This document shows, piece by piece, positions 30,808 through 32,000 of a stretch of DNA of 32,000 nt (its first letter is position 1; each line of letters begins with the position of its first letter). The stretch spans positions 270,001-302,000 of the forward strand of contig JAFGBS010000001.1 in assembly GCA_016933055.1 (NCBI GenBank), read 5' to 3'. Below the pieces are notes generated by a model, which had not been told where the DNA came from, searched no databases, and worked only from the letters and a program-made list of their open reading frames with translations. This DNA is from Promethearchaeota archaeon. GTDB taxonomy: Archaea > Asgardarchaeota > Lokiarchaeia > Sigyniarchaeales > Promethearchaeaceae. The translations under genes and the position numbers were made by a program.

Positions 30808-31204
30808 CTATATAACTCTTATCTAAGGTTAAAACCTAGTATAGATATATATTTGGTATATTGAGTAAAAAACGAATAATCATAAAAAACGGGAATCAAT
30901 CCAATTAGGACAATCCCCACAATTATTACGAGTGAAACTATAGTCAATTTTTTTGAAACCTTGTTTTCACACCTTTTTTTGATTTAGTAGATATGATTCT
31001 ACTATTAAAAAAGCAGCAAATGGATTTATAAACAATTTAGCAATAGCCTTTTCCTTTTTTCGATAATAAATTTTTATTTACACGAGATTAAAATTAAATA
31101 TCCGCAGAAAAAAAAAGTTCTCTATAGCTAGCAGTGTTTTTATTTTTTCTAGCATCAGTTCTTTTGGTTGGTTTTTGAGTAATTGGGTTGTGAAAAAAAT
31201 TAGG

Positions 31205-31432
31205 AGGTTACTCAACACCTATCCTACTTAACCGACGGTCTATGTGAATGTTGTGACTAAAAACCACCAATCTGACCACAGTCAGATGGGTTATAGGCGT
31301 TCCATAGTAGGGTTATAGGAACACGCTAAAAACTTACGACCTACATGGTCGAGTAGGGAGTAGGCTTTTATTATAGTTCCTTTTTTGTGTGATATAGTCA
31401 CATGGATGCCATAGGATAAAAAATGAGTACCT
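31205..31432. mobile_element. Candidate MITE-like or structured non-coding element B
   Basis: Imperfect ends AGGTTACTCA (31205-31214) / TGAGTACCT (31424-31432); long-range stem 31218-31229 with 31361-31374 enclosing three hairpins; motifs shared with element A. Confidence 0.4.
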
Positions 31433-31447
31433 AAGAAAAGAACATAA

Positions 31448-32000
31448 TCAATCTCCATGATTCATATCATTTTTTTCTGTTTCTATTCCTGATTTGGGTA
31501 TTATTAACATAGAAGATTCTTTGAATGACTGAAATCTTAGATTATGATATACATATTTTGGGGGATTTCCCTTTATTGTAAATAATTTTAGATATGCATA
31601 GGAATCTGCTGATTTTATTAGAGCGTTTTTTAGCTTGCCCCCATTCCTTTGCTTTGATGATCTGGTGGAATAGAGATATGATATACAATTAGTTCCTTCT
31701 CATGCCAGAGTCCAATAACACACAATCCAATCATTCTGAGATATCCTTCTGTTTTTGTTCGGTCTCTTTTCGGATTCCTCTGTTTCATGGTGGTCTGGTT
31801 AGCATGGACAATAGAACAGGGGGTTCAGTAGGTTTTTTCATATTCAAATTTTTCTCAGCTTAGATTCAGTGTCTTTAATACCCATAACGCTGTTACTATC
31901 ATTAACGTTTTTCTGCTATAAATTTGATATCAACCAACAATTAGGTTTTCATTTTCTTAAATGATCAATTTACTTCTCTCTTTGAAATCTTTAAGATCAT
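31448..32000 (-). pseudogene. GNAT acetyltransferase pseudogene, 5' end runs off the window
   Basis: Minus-strand frame reads MIGLCVIGLWHEKELIVYHISIPPDHQSKGMG (GNAT motif A-like). A frameshift in a G5 run is followed by KLKNALIK, and a second shift by YVYHNLRF. Four upstream in-frame stops. Confidence 0.6.

Overview
AT-rich (roughly one-third GC, judged by eye) prokaryotic chromosomal window. It is most likely archaeal and probably Asgard/Lokiarchaeia-like. That assignment is an inference from the archaeal-type ProRS, the zinc-ribbon and DUF998-like membrane proteins, the ankyrin protein and mostly single-gene organisation, not from a phylogeny. Housekeeping genes are proS and purA. The main result is a four-gene set matching the Thermotoga-type oxidative inositol pathway (iolN, iolM, iolO, iolG; 5014-9216), flanked on both sides by phosphoesterase genes. 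Also present are a RelE/ParE toxin-antitoxin pair, a GH20 hexosaminidase, a fused tandem bacterioferritin-like protein, two putative lyase-like proteins and a membrane-anchored 18-repeat ELWxxDGT protein. Outside the ORF track I find two related 230-240 bp hairpin-rich elements with imperfect terminal inverted repeats (10371-10612, 31205-31432), and at least four decayed genes whose frames are broken mainly by in-frame stops. No rRNA, convincing tRNA, CRISPR array or transposase was seen. All family assignments come from motif recognition and memory, not database searches.
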